A stretch of DNA of 63,833 nt, the filler included, from Craspedostauros australis (lineage: Eukaryota): assembly GCA_030167865.1 (NCBI GenBank). It is 8 parts of 8 records of this genome, joined end to end, with 100 filler letters (N's around TTAATTAATTAA, not from the genome) between each part and the next. Parts side by side here need not be neighbours in the genome. Positions count along the whole stretch, not along the records: positions 1 to 15,204 come from JALAGF010002395.1; 7 more parts are not named here. The stretch is one strand, 5' to 3'. A program made the position numbers and the translations under genes. The notes under the pieces were generated by a model. That model did no database searches and was not told the DNA's origin. It saw only the letters and a list, made by a program, of their open reading frames with translations. Of this stretch, positions 1 to 12,264 are shown piece after piece; position 1 is the first letter of the stretch, and each line of letters starts with the position of its first letter.

Positions 1-3000
1 GCCAGAAGCCAACAATGACTGTTCGCGATGACCAGCAGAGAGGAGGTCCAAGCACACAGGCAGGGAATAGACCTGAAGCAAGGAAGAGGCTGTACAATTG
101 AGTGGGTACATGGAGAGAAGGCAATGTGTGCTGAATGGGACGTGGACGAAGCTCAACCTGTTGGGCCATGAACGGTGGCAGAACCGAGAACAAGGCAGTG
201 TGACAGNNNNNNNNNNNNNNNNNNNNNNNNNNNNNNNNNNNNNNNNNNNNNNNNNNNNNNNNNNNNNNNNNNNNNNNNNNNNNAAGCAGCAACTTCAGCA
301 TGCCTACTGCCACTGCCCAATCCTCGACATTGTTTCGCAACAACCCGCCTCACCCACGCGAAATGTGAGTGTGTCGATGAAGGACACGACTGGACATTGG
401 TCGAAGCACGACTGAGAATTTCGAATCCAAGTTGCCCGTCTACGTTCGCATGCGCAACGTTTTTAGTTGTAGATTAGTGCGAAAAATATAAACTTTTTAA
501 CTATAAGGTCCAGGAGCTTGTAACTTCGCTCATATAATCTCTATAATATAATAGGATGATATAGGTAATAAAATAAAAAATCCGCATTTGTATACTATCG
601 TATCCTGAATGGGGTCGTACAGAGCAGTACAATACAGTACGGTGCGGTACGGTACGGTACGATACAGCGCAACGCGATGCTCTCCGATTTCGCGCATGCG
701 CTTTATTGTGCCCACGTGGGTTCTGCACTTGTCTCTGTTGTTAAAGGACGTGTCAAGAATTCTATTGGCTGGTTCGGAGATTGATGGAGTATGTCATTAT
801 TTCCATTCCTCACATCCCTCTCTCGGGGTGTCCAAAACCGCGTTCTCCATCCTCACCACAGCCTCTTTGTGATTAGGCAAACCGCAATGACGTACTTTTT
901 CTTCGCCCATTTACGTTCCAGGCGTCCTGCTGACGTCGCTTGAAGCCACAGGCGCAGTCACATCATCTTTCATTATGTACACCCAAATAAAATGGGTACT
1001 AACAAATGTGGACACAGTTGAGTTTTGCAATGGAGGGGTTGTGCAGGTGCCACGTGGATGAGTATCGAAGAGCGCGAACTTCGCGTGCATGAGCCAGTGT
1101 TGACGCAACGGCGTGGCTCGTCTCATGATCTTCAACATGGCCACCTCAGCAGGAGCGCAGACGCGACGTAACTTCAACTTGTAGCGTACAATTTCATTCT
1201 TTTAACGCTATTTGTTGATCAACAGTAACGTCCACAGGTACCCAACAACGAAGGCAATACTGTTGGGAAGCGCTTCTTATTGTTGGACTATGTCATTACC
1301 ACCCCTGTTCAACCGCATTGTGAGTCGACGAGCATTGGTCACACAAGCGCAGTTCAGAATCGTCGTCATCGAAACCGGTGAAATGGCATCTTGGGTAGAA
1401 GGGTAGCGCGGAGCAGCTGGAACACAGAACCAGCAAAGTCCTCCAGAGCACGGTGCGGTACGATAGAAAGTATCAGTATTTGTGCGTTCAAAATCGTTGA
1501 TGCAAAGAGAGGCTGTTTGTGTGCGCGCCGCCCACGATGGTCTTGCACAAGAGGAGTCCTTCTCTCGGGCAACCGGATCCATCCGAGACCATGATGACAA
1601 ATCAACGGCCCGCAAAACACCGAATGACACGAATAGTACCTGCAAGTAGAAGCAGGCTCGGAGTATCGTGCGCAGGTACAAAATGCAACGTCAGATTGCC
1701 AACGTGTTGTGTTTTGTTTCAAATTCCAAGATGAGAGTCAGAACTGCGTGTGGCCAGACATCTGTCGTGCTTGTTTGTCATGTCAAGCACATGGACCCGA
1801 ATGACGTCGTGAGAAGTGATTCATTCCCCAAGGGGGATGCATCAACGGATGCAGATGTTGTTGGACAGAGACGGATGGAAACGGAGCGAGATCGGTGGAT
1901 GCAACCACACGCAGATGAGCACGACGAGAAAGAAAGAAGTCGATGGAGAAACCTCCATCGAGAAATGTCATCTGTTGGTAGAAGACTGAACAGTTTTCTC
2001 GTAAGTGGCACTGCGGATGCTCTGGCAGCTGTCGTCGACGTTTCTGGCGTCACTGGTGGTGCATGACGCGGCAAGTGGACGTGGCTACATCGTCGACGTG
2101 GGTCTTTGGATCCTGTTCGTCACCGACCAATGCCTCCCTTCGGTGAAACCGTGTACAAACACTCGGGGAGGAGTTGGCACCCGCGAAACAACAGATTGCG
2201 AGTGCGGTACTCGCAGGCAATCTATGCACATAGACTGCCGTTGCCCCAGAGACAGAGAGAGAGAGAGAGAGGAGCGCCATGAGCTACTCGATTCTGTTTG
2301 GCGAGGTGGCATGGCTGTCTGAACCGTATTTGATGGCTCATCCGCACTCCAGAGTCCATTTTGGAACATACTAGCAATTCCAATCACGCCCAATGCCGCC
2401 ACACCAGTCCAGTTTTGGGATCACACAAGCCTGCCATAGTCGGATGCTATTGTTGTGTTTGGTTCTAATTGTGTTTCGCGTCGCAATCGAGCGAGAGAGA
2501 TAGTGTGTCGTATGCCACATGTCAGTTTACTTGCATGAGCGTCTGTCTGTCTGCCTTCATGTATGTTTGTTCATCGGATTGTCTGTCAATGCCAACATGT
2601 ATGTTGTGCATCATAGATGCCATGGGCGAGCAAGGTGCTATCCTCACCGACAGCTGGAAAGCTCGTCTCCGCAAAGAGATCCATGCGTGTCCATGTCGCT
2701 GATACAGAGTTGCTTCTGAGGTCGAGAACGCTGGCATGGCCTTGGCGATGTATTGATGGCTGTTCTTGGTAGAAACAAACAGACGGTTCCACAGACAGAA
2801 TGACATGAATACAGACAGACAGACTTGGAGCATACCAGAGTGGAGCGTGTACTCGCACAGCATGGATGGGCGAGTCAAACCCCAACCTCAGCCTTGAGAA
2901 TGACGACGGGCTTTCGCAATCCCGAAGAGCACGCAGCGACACGATAACGTTGAATGAATGTTCTCGTTTCATGACTCGTTGTGCTTTAGTATTTACCATG

Positions 3001-3033
3001 CACAAGTATCCCCCTTGATGTTCAGCACATGGG

Positions 3034-4395
3034 TCAGCACGCCACGTTGGTGGAAGCGATAGCCAGCGATTGTTGCTTGGACAGATGCGACAGAATGCCA
3101 TTGAGCTGCGTTGCGGAATCGAGAAGCTGTTGCAACCGTGCTTGCGCTTCCGGCAGCGTGGTCGGCATGGTGTTGCGCCCGCCGCTGAGCGGATGAGGAC
3201 TCATCGTGCCGGAGGAAACGGTACCATCAACGTTGCTGCGAGTGTCTGCCGCGTCGCCATGCGATGAACAAGACCGGCCGGATGTGACGTCGGATCGTGG
3301 CGAGTCGATGTTAGATGGTGGAATCGGCTGCGAGGTTGGCGATGTGGTGCACAGAGTGGTGGCACAGGGTTGGTCCGCAGCTTCGACGACGTTCGATGTC
3401 AGTGGACTTGCTGGCTGCGATGGAAGGTGCTGTGTGTCGTTGACGGATAAAGCAGCAGAAACTGGTTCGACGTTCTGGGTCGCAGCTGTCGTGGTTGGGG
3501 ATGTGGCTTCCTGCTGCTGCTGCTGCTGCATCTGAAGCTTCTGGATGGTCGGCATGATCTCCAAGTACTTCATGAACAAGGACGCGTTGAGCTGGTTGAG
3601 CATTTCAAGGTTGTGCATATTGCTGTTGTGGATGTTGCCTAAGGCATCTGATGACTCTGTCGATGCGTTGGACACGGGCGCGGATACCGACGGCGATTTC
3701 GATCTGGAGAGGGCAGGTGCGGGACTGGGCAGATATGATGGCATTGGCAAGTTTGGGTTGCTGGACGGTCGTTGGTTCAACACGACTGGAAATGAGCCTG
3801 CTGGTGCCGGTGCGGCCGCGTTTGTTGTGGAAAGTGGATGAGACGCCGATGCTGGGAATCCGCTGCCATACCGCGTCCCATTGCCATTGCCGCATTCGTC
3901 CGTTTCGGAACCGAGCGGGGACACCGTGAATGGTTGGGAGGCGGCGGCATGCACTTGTCGAAATGAGGCGACTTGGCCGATGTGCCCATCGCGTGCTTCG
4001 TTGTCTGCATTCAGAGCATGATTCATCTTGAGGTACCGTCGCGCATTCTTCTGCTTGACTCGCACCCGCACCATCTGATCACACAGCTCCTTCTTTCCCT
4101 TCAGAAACTTGCCGTGGTAGATGTCGCCCTTGCGAGGTTCCTTGGTGCGCGTGCGGAAACCCCAGAGATTGAGGTTGCGTTGGAAGGTCTTGTAGCGCAG
4201 CGACTTGAAGTATTCCGACATGAGACGCTGGGCAAAGCGGTCCTTGTCGTGGACGTGAAAGCTGTCTCCGTCCGGTGACCATGAGACGATGTCTGCGAAG
4301 CCTTCATCCTCCGCGGCATTCAGCATCTCGTGCAGCTTCCATGGGAACTGCTGGTACTTGCATTTCACGGAGACGGCGTTGACGCTGGTCTTCAT
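3034..4395 (-). CDS. HSF: Heat shock transcription factor (HSF DNA-binding domain plus long S/P/Q-rich tail)
   Basis: The N-terminus reads FPWKLHEML...IVSWSPDGDSFHVHD...YFKSLRYKTFQRNLNLWGF...IYHGKFLKGKKELCDQMVR, which matches the HSF DNA-binding domain (diatom-type variant of SFxRQLNxYGF). 453-aa intronless ORF. Confidence 0.93.
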   Translation of the reverse strand: MKTSVNAVSVKCKYQQFPWKLHEMLNAAEDEGFADIVSWSPDGDSFHVHDKDRFAQRLMSEYFKSLRYKTFQRNLNLWGFRTRTKEPRKGDIYHGKFLKGKKELCDQMVRVRVKQKNARRYLKMNHALNADNEARDGHIGQVASFRQVHAAASQPFTVSPLGSETDECGNGNGTRYGSGFPASASHPLSTTNAAAPAPAGSFPVVLNQRPSSNPNLPMPSYLPSPAPALSRSKSPSVSAPVSNASTESSDALGNIHNSNMHNLEMLNQLNASLFMKYLEIMPTIQKLQMQQQQQQEATSPTTTAATQNVEPVSAALSVNDTQHLPSQPASPLTSNVVEAADQPCATTLCTTSPTSQPIPPSNIDSPRSDVTSGRSCSSHGDAADTRSNVDGTVSSGTMSPHPLSGGRNTMPTTLPEAQARLQQLLDSATQLNGILSHLSKQQSLAIASTNVAC

Positions 4396-5978
4396 GATTG
4401 CAGAACAGTGGAGCGTGGTCGAGTTCCGAAAACGCTACTTCAGTGATCGCTATTGATGTTGCTTTTGCTGTTGCTGTTGCTGTTGCTGTTGATAGTGATG
4501 ATGATGCTGTGGATGAGGTCGATGTTCCTGATCAATGGCAGCTCCAAATGCAAGTTCTGTTCGAGCCTGACTTCTTTGTGAGGTTGGTGGATGTCCGTTC
4601 TGTGGGTGTTGGTGCTTTGCCACGATTCATCAATGCTCCTCCCGAATCAAGAGGAGAGTAATTGGGGAATGCACTTGATTGCTAACCTGTTGAGTGGTTG
4701 GTTGTGTCTGCCAGTGGCCGAGGGATTGTGGAGTCGAAGGCGATGGCGTCTCGATGGTACTCGTATTACACGAGGTATGGAATGGACGGTGACGATGATA
4801 ATGATCTAATAATCCAGACGGCACCTGTCAACCTTGTTTTCTGCATGTGTGTTTGTGTGATTGTGTGTGTGAGCGCCATCGACAGACAATGCTGCGCACA
4901 TCTTCATGCTTTTTGGATGGCCACAAACGCGCTTCGTGCTTTCTACTGGATGTGTGTTTGGTCTCGCGCATTGCCTCGCGTCTCGCGTGCAAACCGTCAT
5001 GGTTCTGCATTCGTCCGCCAAGCAGTTTGTCATACACATGACGTATGGTTCTTCTGGACGGCCTTCTGCTCTGTGTAGCAGTCAGCAGCACAATCACCCC
5101 GCATACGCATATTTTGGCTCACAGTCTGTATTTCATCGTTGTCATCTTCGGGAGGTTGGAGCGTTTGTTTAATGATTGATCTTGAACAGAGACGTCGCAA
5201 CGACTCTTTCCTCCATAAATGGAAAACTGTCGAACGAACGCTGTTTGTCAACGTCAAGGAGCATTGTTACCTCGATTATTATATCAACTCGCGACTCAAG
5301 CTCGAAGGTTCGTGTTTGTACCATGCTTCAATACCACTCCGCCGTGCCAACAGCCCCCAAACTGTACCAAAAACGTACTCCTTGCGAGTTCTTCAATGCG
5401 TCGACAACGACCCGAATTGGATCATCTCCTTAAGTAAGCACCGATAAAACGAAAACAACTGCAGTGAGCTGGCAGACGACATTGTGGCCACCTCAGCATC
5501 CAACTTCAAGTTGAGGACGCAGCACGCGAGACCATGATCACGCAGGACGTAGGAGAAGTGGCTGAGTCAGAGTCACAGCTGTGCGTGATGGTTCTCATTC
5601 ACTAATATGGCGTCAAGCAGGACTCATCTTAGGACACATCAGCAATCCCCAACTTGAGGTTTCGATCGAAACGTGACGTAGTAATGACGCAATGGAGAAC
5701 AGCTGATTTGTCGTCGTGGCAGAATCATTGGGGTTGCGGTAAAATTAAGAAAAATAATATAATGAATTGTATTGCTGCGCAACAAGAAGAGAACCAACCG
5801 CAAGGGATTAGTCTCTCCGGAAACAAAACTAGAGAAAATAGAGGAGACAGACACAAAGCAATTCACGACGATACCGACTCCGCAATACTTCAGAGTATGG
5901 TACACCATACGCACCACAACACAACCAAAATGGAGAATGTGTAATAAGTCGCATTGTAAATTATGGTATGACCGTTCT

Positions 5979-8900
5979 TTAAGCATCGACGCTGCGATCG
6001 AGCTCATCGTCGGAGGCATCCTCGAAGACGGCGAAGGTATCCTGCGATTGCTGCCGCTTCAGCATCTGCCACGGATGGATGTCATGTCCCGTCGATTGCA
6101 GCTCTGCGCGCACGCGCTGTTCCAAAATCTTGTGGTTGAGATGTTCGATGTACTTGGTGCCGTCGTGGGACATTTCGTCTTCGTCGATGGCGCTGCTGGC
6201 ATCGGATTGCGTGCCCGTCGATTGCTTGCTCAATTTGCGCTGCAGTATGAATTGGCGCAGCTGCATGTTCTGCATGCGGTTCATCTCCTGTTCGGCCTTG
6301 TGCAACGGCGAGCGGTCGTTCAATCCCGTGCGATGTTCGGCGCCGATCTCTTCTTCGGTCTCACTCTCGCTGTCGCTGATGCTCTGACTTTCGCTCTGAC
6401 TTTCGCTGACACTGTCGCTGACACTGACACTCTCGCTATCTTCATCATGACTGGCTTGCCGATCCGGTCTGCGCGGCGGCTGTCCCGTGATCTCATCGAT
6501 GGACGGTGGCAAATCCATCTGCATATTGCGATGCGTCTGTGGGAATTGGATCCGAATTTGCTGCTGTTGTTGCTGCTGTTCATCATCATCATCATCGCTG
6601 AATGTATCGTACGTCGCGTCATCATCGTCGTCGGATTCTAGAAAAGATGGATGCTGCGCCGGCAACGTGGTCATGGCCTGACACTGCATATCCTCTAGAT
6701 GATCCAACAACCGCGTCTCCAACCGCTGCTGATGAAAGAGCTGTGCCGTCTGCGCGGCCTTGAGGATCTCGTCGATGGAGAAGCCGCAGACATGATGCAG
6801 GAGATTGGCGCGTTCGTTGGCATCGAGCGGTCGCGGATACGTGCGGTAGAGCGGCGCATCGACGACGTTGTGGATGGACGTGCCGACGACATGCCAGTCC
6901 ATGGTGAGGGGCGGTCCGCCCAACGTGACGGGTGCGTAACCGATGATGGTGGGTATCTCGCGGATCTCCATGTGGGAGAACCTGACACGTCGCTTGCGCG
7001 ATCTGGATCTTGTGTGGTGGCTGCTGTCGAGGTCGGATGCGCGTCTGTGGGCCGATCTGGATTGCATCTGGCGCATCTGCAGCATGTCATCCTCGTCGCC
7101 GCTGTCGACGGTGTGATGGGACCGCCTGCTGTGGCTGGAGGAATGTTCGAATCCGACGACGCTGCGCCGGCGTTGTGACGGCGAGTTGGTGTTGGTTGAC
7201 ACAGGCGGCAGGTTTAGGGAGATGCGGCGACGCTGCATATCGAGCTGCCGCTGTTCATGAGACTCGGTGGCCCTGTCGGATGCGACGGAGGATGAATCTG
7301 AGCTGTCGGAGGTGGTGGAAGTGGAATGCGCTGAGGCGCTGAGCGGCGGTCTCTTGTTCTCCGGCTTCCACGTCGCAAAGTCATCTTCCACCATGCTCCT
7401 TCTGGACAGCAGATTGCGACTTGCCCTTTGCCGACCCAGATGCGACTCCGCCATTGGATCTTCCTCGTCATCATCATCATCGTCATCTTCCTCGTCATCA
7501 TGATTGTCATTGTGATCGTCCTCACTGTCTTCCTCACTGTCATCATCATCATCTTCATGATCATCATGCTGCGGTGACACCGGACTAGGTTGGGGTGGAA
7601 TGTTGTAACTGCGCTTGGACGTGTTGGGACTTTGAAAGATGTTGCGCCTGGAGATGCTGCCATGCGAGATGGCCCCCGTGCTGTCGATGGTGCGGAAGCT
7701 GATGGAGTTCTGCATCGACTCGTCGTCATCATCATCGCTGTCACTGGTGTATATCTGGAGCTGCTTGGTACTGGAAATATCCCCAAGCGAATGTCTGGAT
7801 CGATTGACTTCCATGAAGAGGGAGCCCTTGCCCTTGAATAGATTGAGATCGCCCGTCTGACGTTGCAATCTGGGCGCCGACATGAGCGATAGCTTGCGTC
7901 TCAATCCCATGACGATGGGTGGTTTGCCGTCATCATCGCTGTCACTATTGTTGTCGTTGTCGCTATCACTGTCGCTATTGTTGTCGCTATCACTGTTGGT
8001 GTTGTTGCTGTCGCTGTTGTCGCTGTTGTCGTTACCATCATTCTCCTCGACAACAATGGAAGTGGAGCGCATGACATCGGGACGCATCTGATTCAATCGC
8101 TTGAATAGCGTGCGCTCGCTCTCCTTCATGAGCAGCGCATGTATGATCTCCTCACCATTCTTGGCCGCATCCGTGAAGAGAAGGGACTCATCGATGGTGG
8201 CGGGACGGCTGGAGGGAACGAAGGAGGGCGAGGAGGATGACTTTGGCTTCTTGGACTTGCGCAGTCTGGTGCGCTGGCCGCTGTTGGTGCTGTTGTTGGA
8301 GCGGTTGCTGATGTTGTTGTTGGTTGGAGCGGCCAGGCTCTGGTGGCGACGCAGCATGGCGAGGTTGATGCTGGCGCCGTGTGATGGCAGTTCTTCGGAT
8401 CGCGTGGAGGAGGCGTTGCTTGTGGTGCTGTGTTGGCTGTTGCCATTCATGCTGCCATTCATGCTGCCATTCATGCTGCCGCTCTTGGCTGGACTGGCAG
8501 GTGGCTGTGATGGTTGCTGTTGGAATGGTGGTGGTGGCAGCTGTATCTGTGTCTTGGACAGAGCCTTCGACTGCCTACCAACACTGACACTCGGACTAAC
8601 ACTCATACTCGGACTGACACTCACACTCGGACTCATGCGATTGTTCTCGACATCCTGCTTCGCGGACGACGGCCGCGTGATGCTGCTGCGCTTGAGGATG
8701 CGATTGAAGCTGTCCTTGACCTTGCTGTTGCGTCTGTACAGAGCCGAGGGCGTCGCCGTGTTGTTGCCATCATCCTGATACCGCAGCGACGTCGATCGCC
8801 GGCTGGGCGTCAGCGGTCGGTAGGTGGGTCTGGCTTGCGGCGCCGACGTGGGCACCGTCATGGACATGGAGCGTGACGGCATGGGAGACGCGGGCGGCGA

Positions 8901-9299
8901 GGCGGCGGCGATGGCGGCCACGGATAAGCCCAGCGCCGTGTTGGCTCGTATGGTTGCGCTGGCTCTGCTGCTGGTGCTGTGGTTGCTGTTGTTGTTCATG
9001 GTATGGCTGTGCATGGTATGGCTGTTGCTGTGGATGGTGGACTTGGAGGGAACCGTGCGTCTGCCTCTGCTGGGTCTCGTGAAGACCGGCATGACAGGTG
9101 TGGGCGACAGCATCGCAGAAGACGACGACATGGCCGCAGTGGACGAGGAAGACGACGAAGACCCGAAGTCTCTCTGCTGCAGCTCCTGCGATTGCTGCTG
9201 CTGCGCTTCCAACTGTTGCTGCTGCTGCTCCTTCCTCTTCTCCTTCTGCTTGCGATCCCTGCTGCGGCCAACGCCCAAGATGGACTTTGTGAACTTCAT
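5979..9299 (-). CDS. Large low-complexity (S/D/Q/N-rich) protein with an RVxF-initiated conserved domain
   Basis: Long uninterrupted ORF with first ATG at 9299 (MKFTKSILG). Contains KRRVRFSHMEIREIPTIIGYAPVTLGGPPLTMDW followed by ERANLLHHVCGFSIDEI...QQRLET, shared with the ORF at 12265..13698. Confidence 0.82.
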   Translation of the reverse strand: MKFTKSILGVGRSRDRKQKEKRKEQQQQQLEAQQQQSQELQQRDFGSSSSSSSTAAMSSSSAMLSPTPVMPVFTRPSRGRRTVPSKSTIHSNSHTMHSHTMNNNSNHSTSSRASATIRANTALGLSVAAIAAASPPASPMPSRSMSMTVPTSAPQARPTYRPLTPSRRSTSLRYQDDGNNTATPSALYRRNSKVKDSFNRILKRSSITRPSSAKQDVENNRMSPSVSVSPSMSVSPSVSVGRQSKALSKTQIQLPPPPFQQQPSQPPASPAKSGSMNGSMNGSMNGNSQHSTTSNASSTRSEELPSHGASINLAMLRRHQSLAAPTNNNISNRSNNSTNSGQRTRLRKSKKPKSSSSPSFVPSSRPATIDESLLFTDAAKNGEEIIHALLMKESERTLFKRLNQMRPDVMRSTSIVVEENDGNDNSDNSDSNNTNSDSDNNSDSDSDNDNNSDSDDDGKPPIVMGLRRKLSLMSAPRLQRQTGDLNLFKGKGSLFMEVNRSRHSLGDISSTKQLQIYTSDSDDDDDESMQNSISFRTIDSTGAISHGSISRRNIFQSPNTSKRSYNIPPQPSPVSPQHDDHEDDDDDSEEDSEDDHNDNHDDEEDDDDDDDEEDPMAESHLGRQRASRNLLSRRSMVEDDFATWKPENKRPPLSASAHSTSTTSDSSDSSSVASDRATESHEQRQLDMQRRRISLNLPPVSTNTNSPSQRRRSVVGFEHSSSHSRRSHHTVDSGDEDDMLQMRQMQSRSAHRRASDLDSSHHTRSRSRKRRVRFSHMEIREIPTIIGYAPVTLGGPPLTMDWHVVGTSIHNVVDAPLYRTYPRPLDANERANLLHHVCGFSIDEILKAAQTAQLFHQQRLETRLLDHLEDMQCQAMTTLPAQHPSFLESDDDDDATYDTFSDDDDDEQQQQQQQIRIQFPQTHRNMQMDLPPSIDEITGQPPRRPDRQASHDEDSESVSVSDSVSESQSESQSISDSESETEEEIGAEHRTGLNDRSPLHKAEQEMNRMQNMQLRQFILQRKLSKQSTGTQSDASSAIDEDEMSHDGTKYIEHLNHKILEQRVRAELQSTGHDIHPWQMLKRQQSQDTFAVFEDASDDELDRSVDA

Positions 9300-12264
9300 C
9301 TTGTCAGCAATGCAATAGCGCAGTACACAGACGCAATGGATGAAGGCAATGAAGACAATGCGCCTGTCTCCCACCACCTCTCCAAAGGAATAGTGGTTGA
9401 TCAGTCAGCAGCTGAATAGAGCACTCGGATCGGTGGATGCTGTGATGAAGAAGGACGCTGGCTTCGCGCTTTCTTCGCGCTCTGCTGTTGATGTTGTTGT
9501 TGCTGTTATCGTCTTTGCCGATGGTGTTGTCCTTGCGTGCATGCGCCAGCCAAGCTCTCTCTCTCTCTCCCTTTCTTTCTATACCTCCGAAGATGATGCC
9601 GAACTAAGCTGCTCTGCTCTACGATTACGACTAAAGCGCTGCTCTCGCTCTCTCTCTCTCTCTGCTCTAATTGCTTTGTTTCTTGGTCGGTCATCCAATG
9701 CGCGCGAAATTCGAATGCGCACAACGCTGTGAGTAAACACGATGCAGCCGGTCTTTTGGTCTTGCTCCTTGTCGCGTTGTTTTGTCACATCGTGTATCAG
9801 TGCACTCAACAAGAATCTGGCCAACGCCGTGTGAGTCAATTTCACGCAATGGACGAAGCCGTCACAATTAACGACGCGAGGATTGCGCTCCTTTGCCGTG
9901 ACGACTCTTCTCCGCATTATCTATGCCACAATAGGGAATCAACGCTGTGTCGTCATGATAAGTGTTTCTGCTTCTCCCGAACTGCGATTTTCGGACTATC
10001 ATTTGTCGTATGCGACGTCGTTTTGGTCGAGTCAAATTCGTTCAGTCACCAATGTCGAGTCACAATCTATTGGATCATGAATAAACATTCACGAACTGGA
10101 TTGGTTCGAGTGAGTCGGATATCCAAACATCTCAAACCTGCAAAGTTAGATCCGCCATCCAGCAGATCTTGTCTCTTCATCGTTCTTCTGTGTTGTGCTC
10201 TCGTTGCTCCACTTCTTGTCATTGCTTGTCGCATCTCGTTCGGAGTGTTTCTGCGCGTGCTCGAGGAACTGACGCGGTCATTGCAGGCGCCAAACGGCAA
10301 CGAACGCTGCGATCATGGCATTGAACACGGCGATGCCTCATGTTCTCCCTGGTCATGTTGTCGTGAAAATGAGGATCGGCCAGAAACGAAAGCACGAATC
10401 TTGTCGGCGTCATTTCTTGTTGTGTCATCAGGCCAGATGCATGCATTCATTCTGATGGGAATGTCACTTCGATGCATGCGTGGCTCGGCCGGAACAGAGA
10501 TGGTCTTGGCAGTCCGAATGCGCCGAAGAGTGGATTCACAGCAACACAAACACGTCAACGAGTACGTGTCATTGGCGGGCGACGATGATGATGATGACCA
10601 TGCCAGGACGAGACATTGTCCCAATCTGCTTTGGATCGGAGGACTCTTGTGCTGACTGGTGGCGCATCTACTCCGACCGCATCTCACCAGTGCGGGGTGG
10701 AATCGCAAGGGAACGGATGCTGTCCCAGCACGTTTTCTGATAGCACGAGTATCTCCAAAAGAGCAGCCATGGTGGGTGCGCAACCGCATCGGCGCAGAGT
10801 GTGTCTCCCTCTGAGACGACCTCTAACAAGAGGAGACACCGAAACATGCCGAAAAGTACAACCGCAGGGAGGATACGAAGATGCATACTGTACGCACAAA
10901 CATGCGCCTGTTCACTCCGCAGGACAGATCCGGCAATGTGTATGGTGCCGCAACACAGAGTGCGATCCACTTCATTGGCAATCATTTCAGAGAAAGGAGA
11001 CAATCATTCCCGAAGGGAGCACGCAGAATTTGATAGAACTCAGTTCGTAAGACTAACAGGAACTCCACACCACAGAGGAAGAGATCTGCCATCATCTCCA
11101 ACTCTCTCTGCCTCTCGCTCTCCTGCTGTTGATTGTGGTCATGATCTGCAATGTCATTGCAGCGAAGCGTGTTTGCGCCGATCTTGCACGCACACGGCAC
11201 TCTCCTTTGTGATCCTCCGCCTCCTCCAGTCTCGACACTGGATCCGAATCGCATGTATTTGTGCGGAATGGCAGAAGCCGTGTCTGTTTGAAACTATCAA
11301 AAGAACGCCGCTCATGCTCCTCTGAAGTGTTGGATCTGTTGCACTTTGTGAGGCAACGCCAAACACAACCGTTGATTCGCCCGGACCGACATCGAACAGG
11401 GAGAAGTGTGTTCAGAAGTCCAACTTCCCCAATAAGAATTGTTGGCAAACATCGTCGCCCTCGTGACTAAACTCTGTTCGAAGGAAGTGTCAACACAGGT
11501 CACAAATTGATGCATGCAGAATGGCCCGACTCTTTGTGCAACATCGGAGAGAGCACAAAGATAGCGGCGGCGCGAGCTCCGCGTTCTGATCGCGCTTTGC
11601 GGCGACCTTCATTCAACGAAACGACATGACCGCTCCTTGAGGAATTAACGAATCGGCTCGAAATCGACAGAAAGTATCCGATTGGTGCCAAATTGATGCC
11701 GTCCAGTACTCGTCGTGTGATCTCAATGGGTTTGCTTCAACAAGGGCGGAACAGCTTCTTCATGACTTCGCTGCATTCCTGCTCATCGTGAGGACATACC
11801 CCGGAACTACAAGCACGAGCACGGGTGCGAGCACGGGTGCGAGTATCCAAAAAGACCGGAGCTCCGCCCATCAAAACCATCGCCGACGCTCTCCATTGGC
11901 CCATCAAGATGGGTTTGGATGTTCCGCACGATCACGCCCACACTCGCTCATTCCCACTCACTCACATTTTAGCGCTGTGTCTCGGCTCCTGAAACAACGT
12001 CTTTCCTGATTCCCAGCACTCTGTGCGATCGAACAGTGAAGTTGAGTCGGTTGCACACGCGTCTTTTCCATAATCGCGTTCGTGCGACTACCACACAAAT
12101 GAAGGCCTTCATCTTTCTCCAAACCCCCAACAATCACACAATTCACAAGAGCCACAACAATTGCGGCATCTTCACAATCACTCGCAACACCAATTGAAGC
12201 AAGGAAGCAAACAACAGCAACAGCCACAACATTAGCCACAACATTAGCCACAACAACCTGCAAG

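Noticed and set aside
911..2878. Short overlapping ORFs at the window start, plus a (GTACG/GTACA)n tract near 615-665
   Set aside because: No protein motifs; the tract is an ordinary microsatellite.
9729..11722. Several 150-300 aa ORFs between the two RVxF genes
   Set aside because: No recognisable motifs, non-ATG starts and no coding-like bias; probably chance ORFs in GC-rich intergenic DNA.
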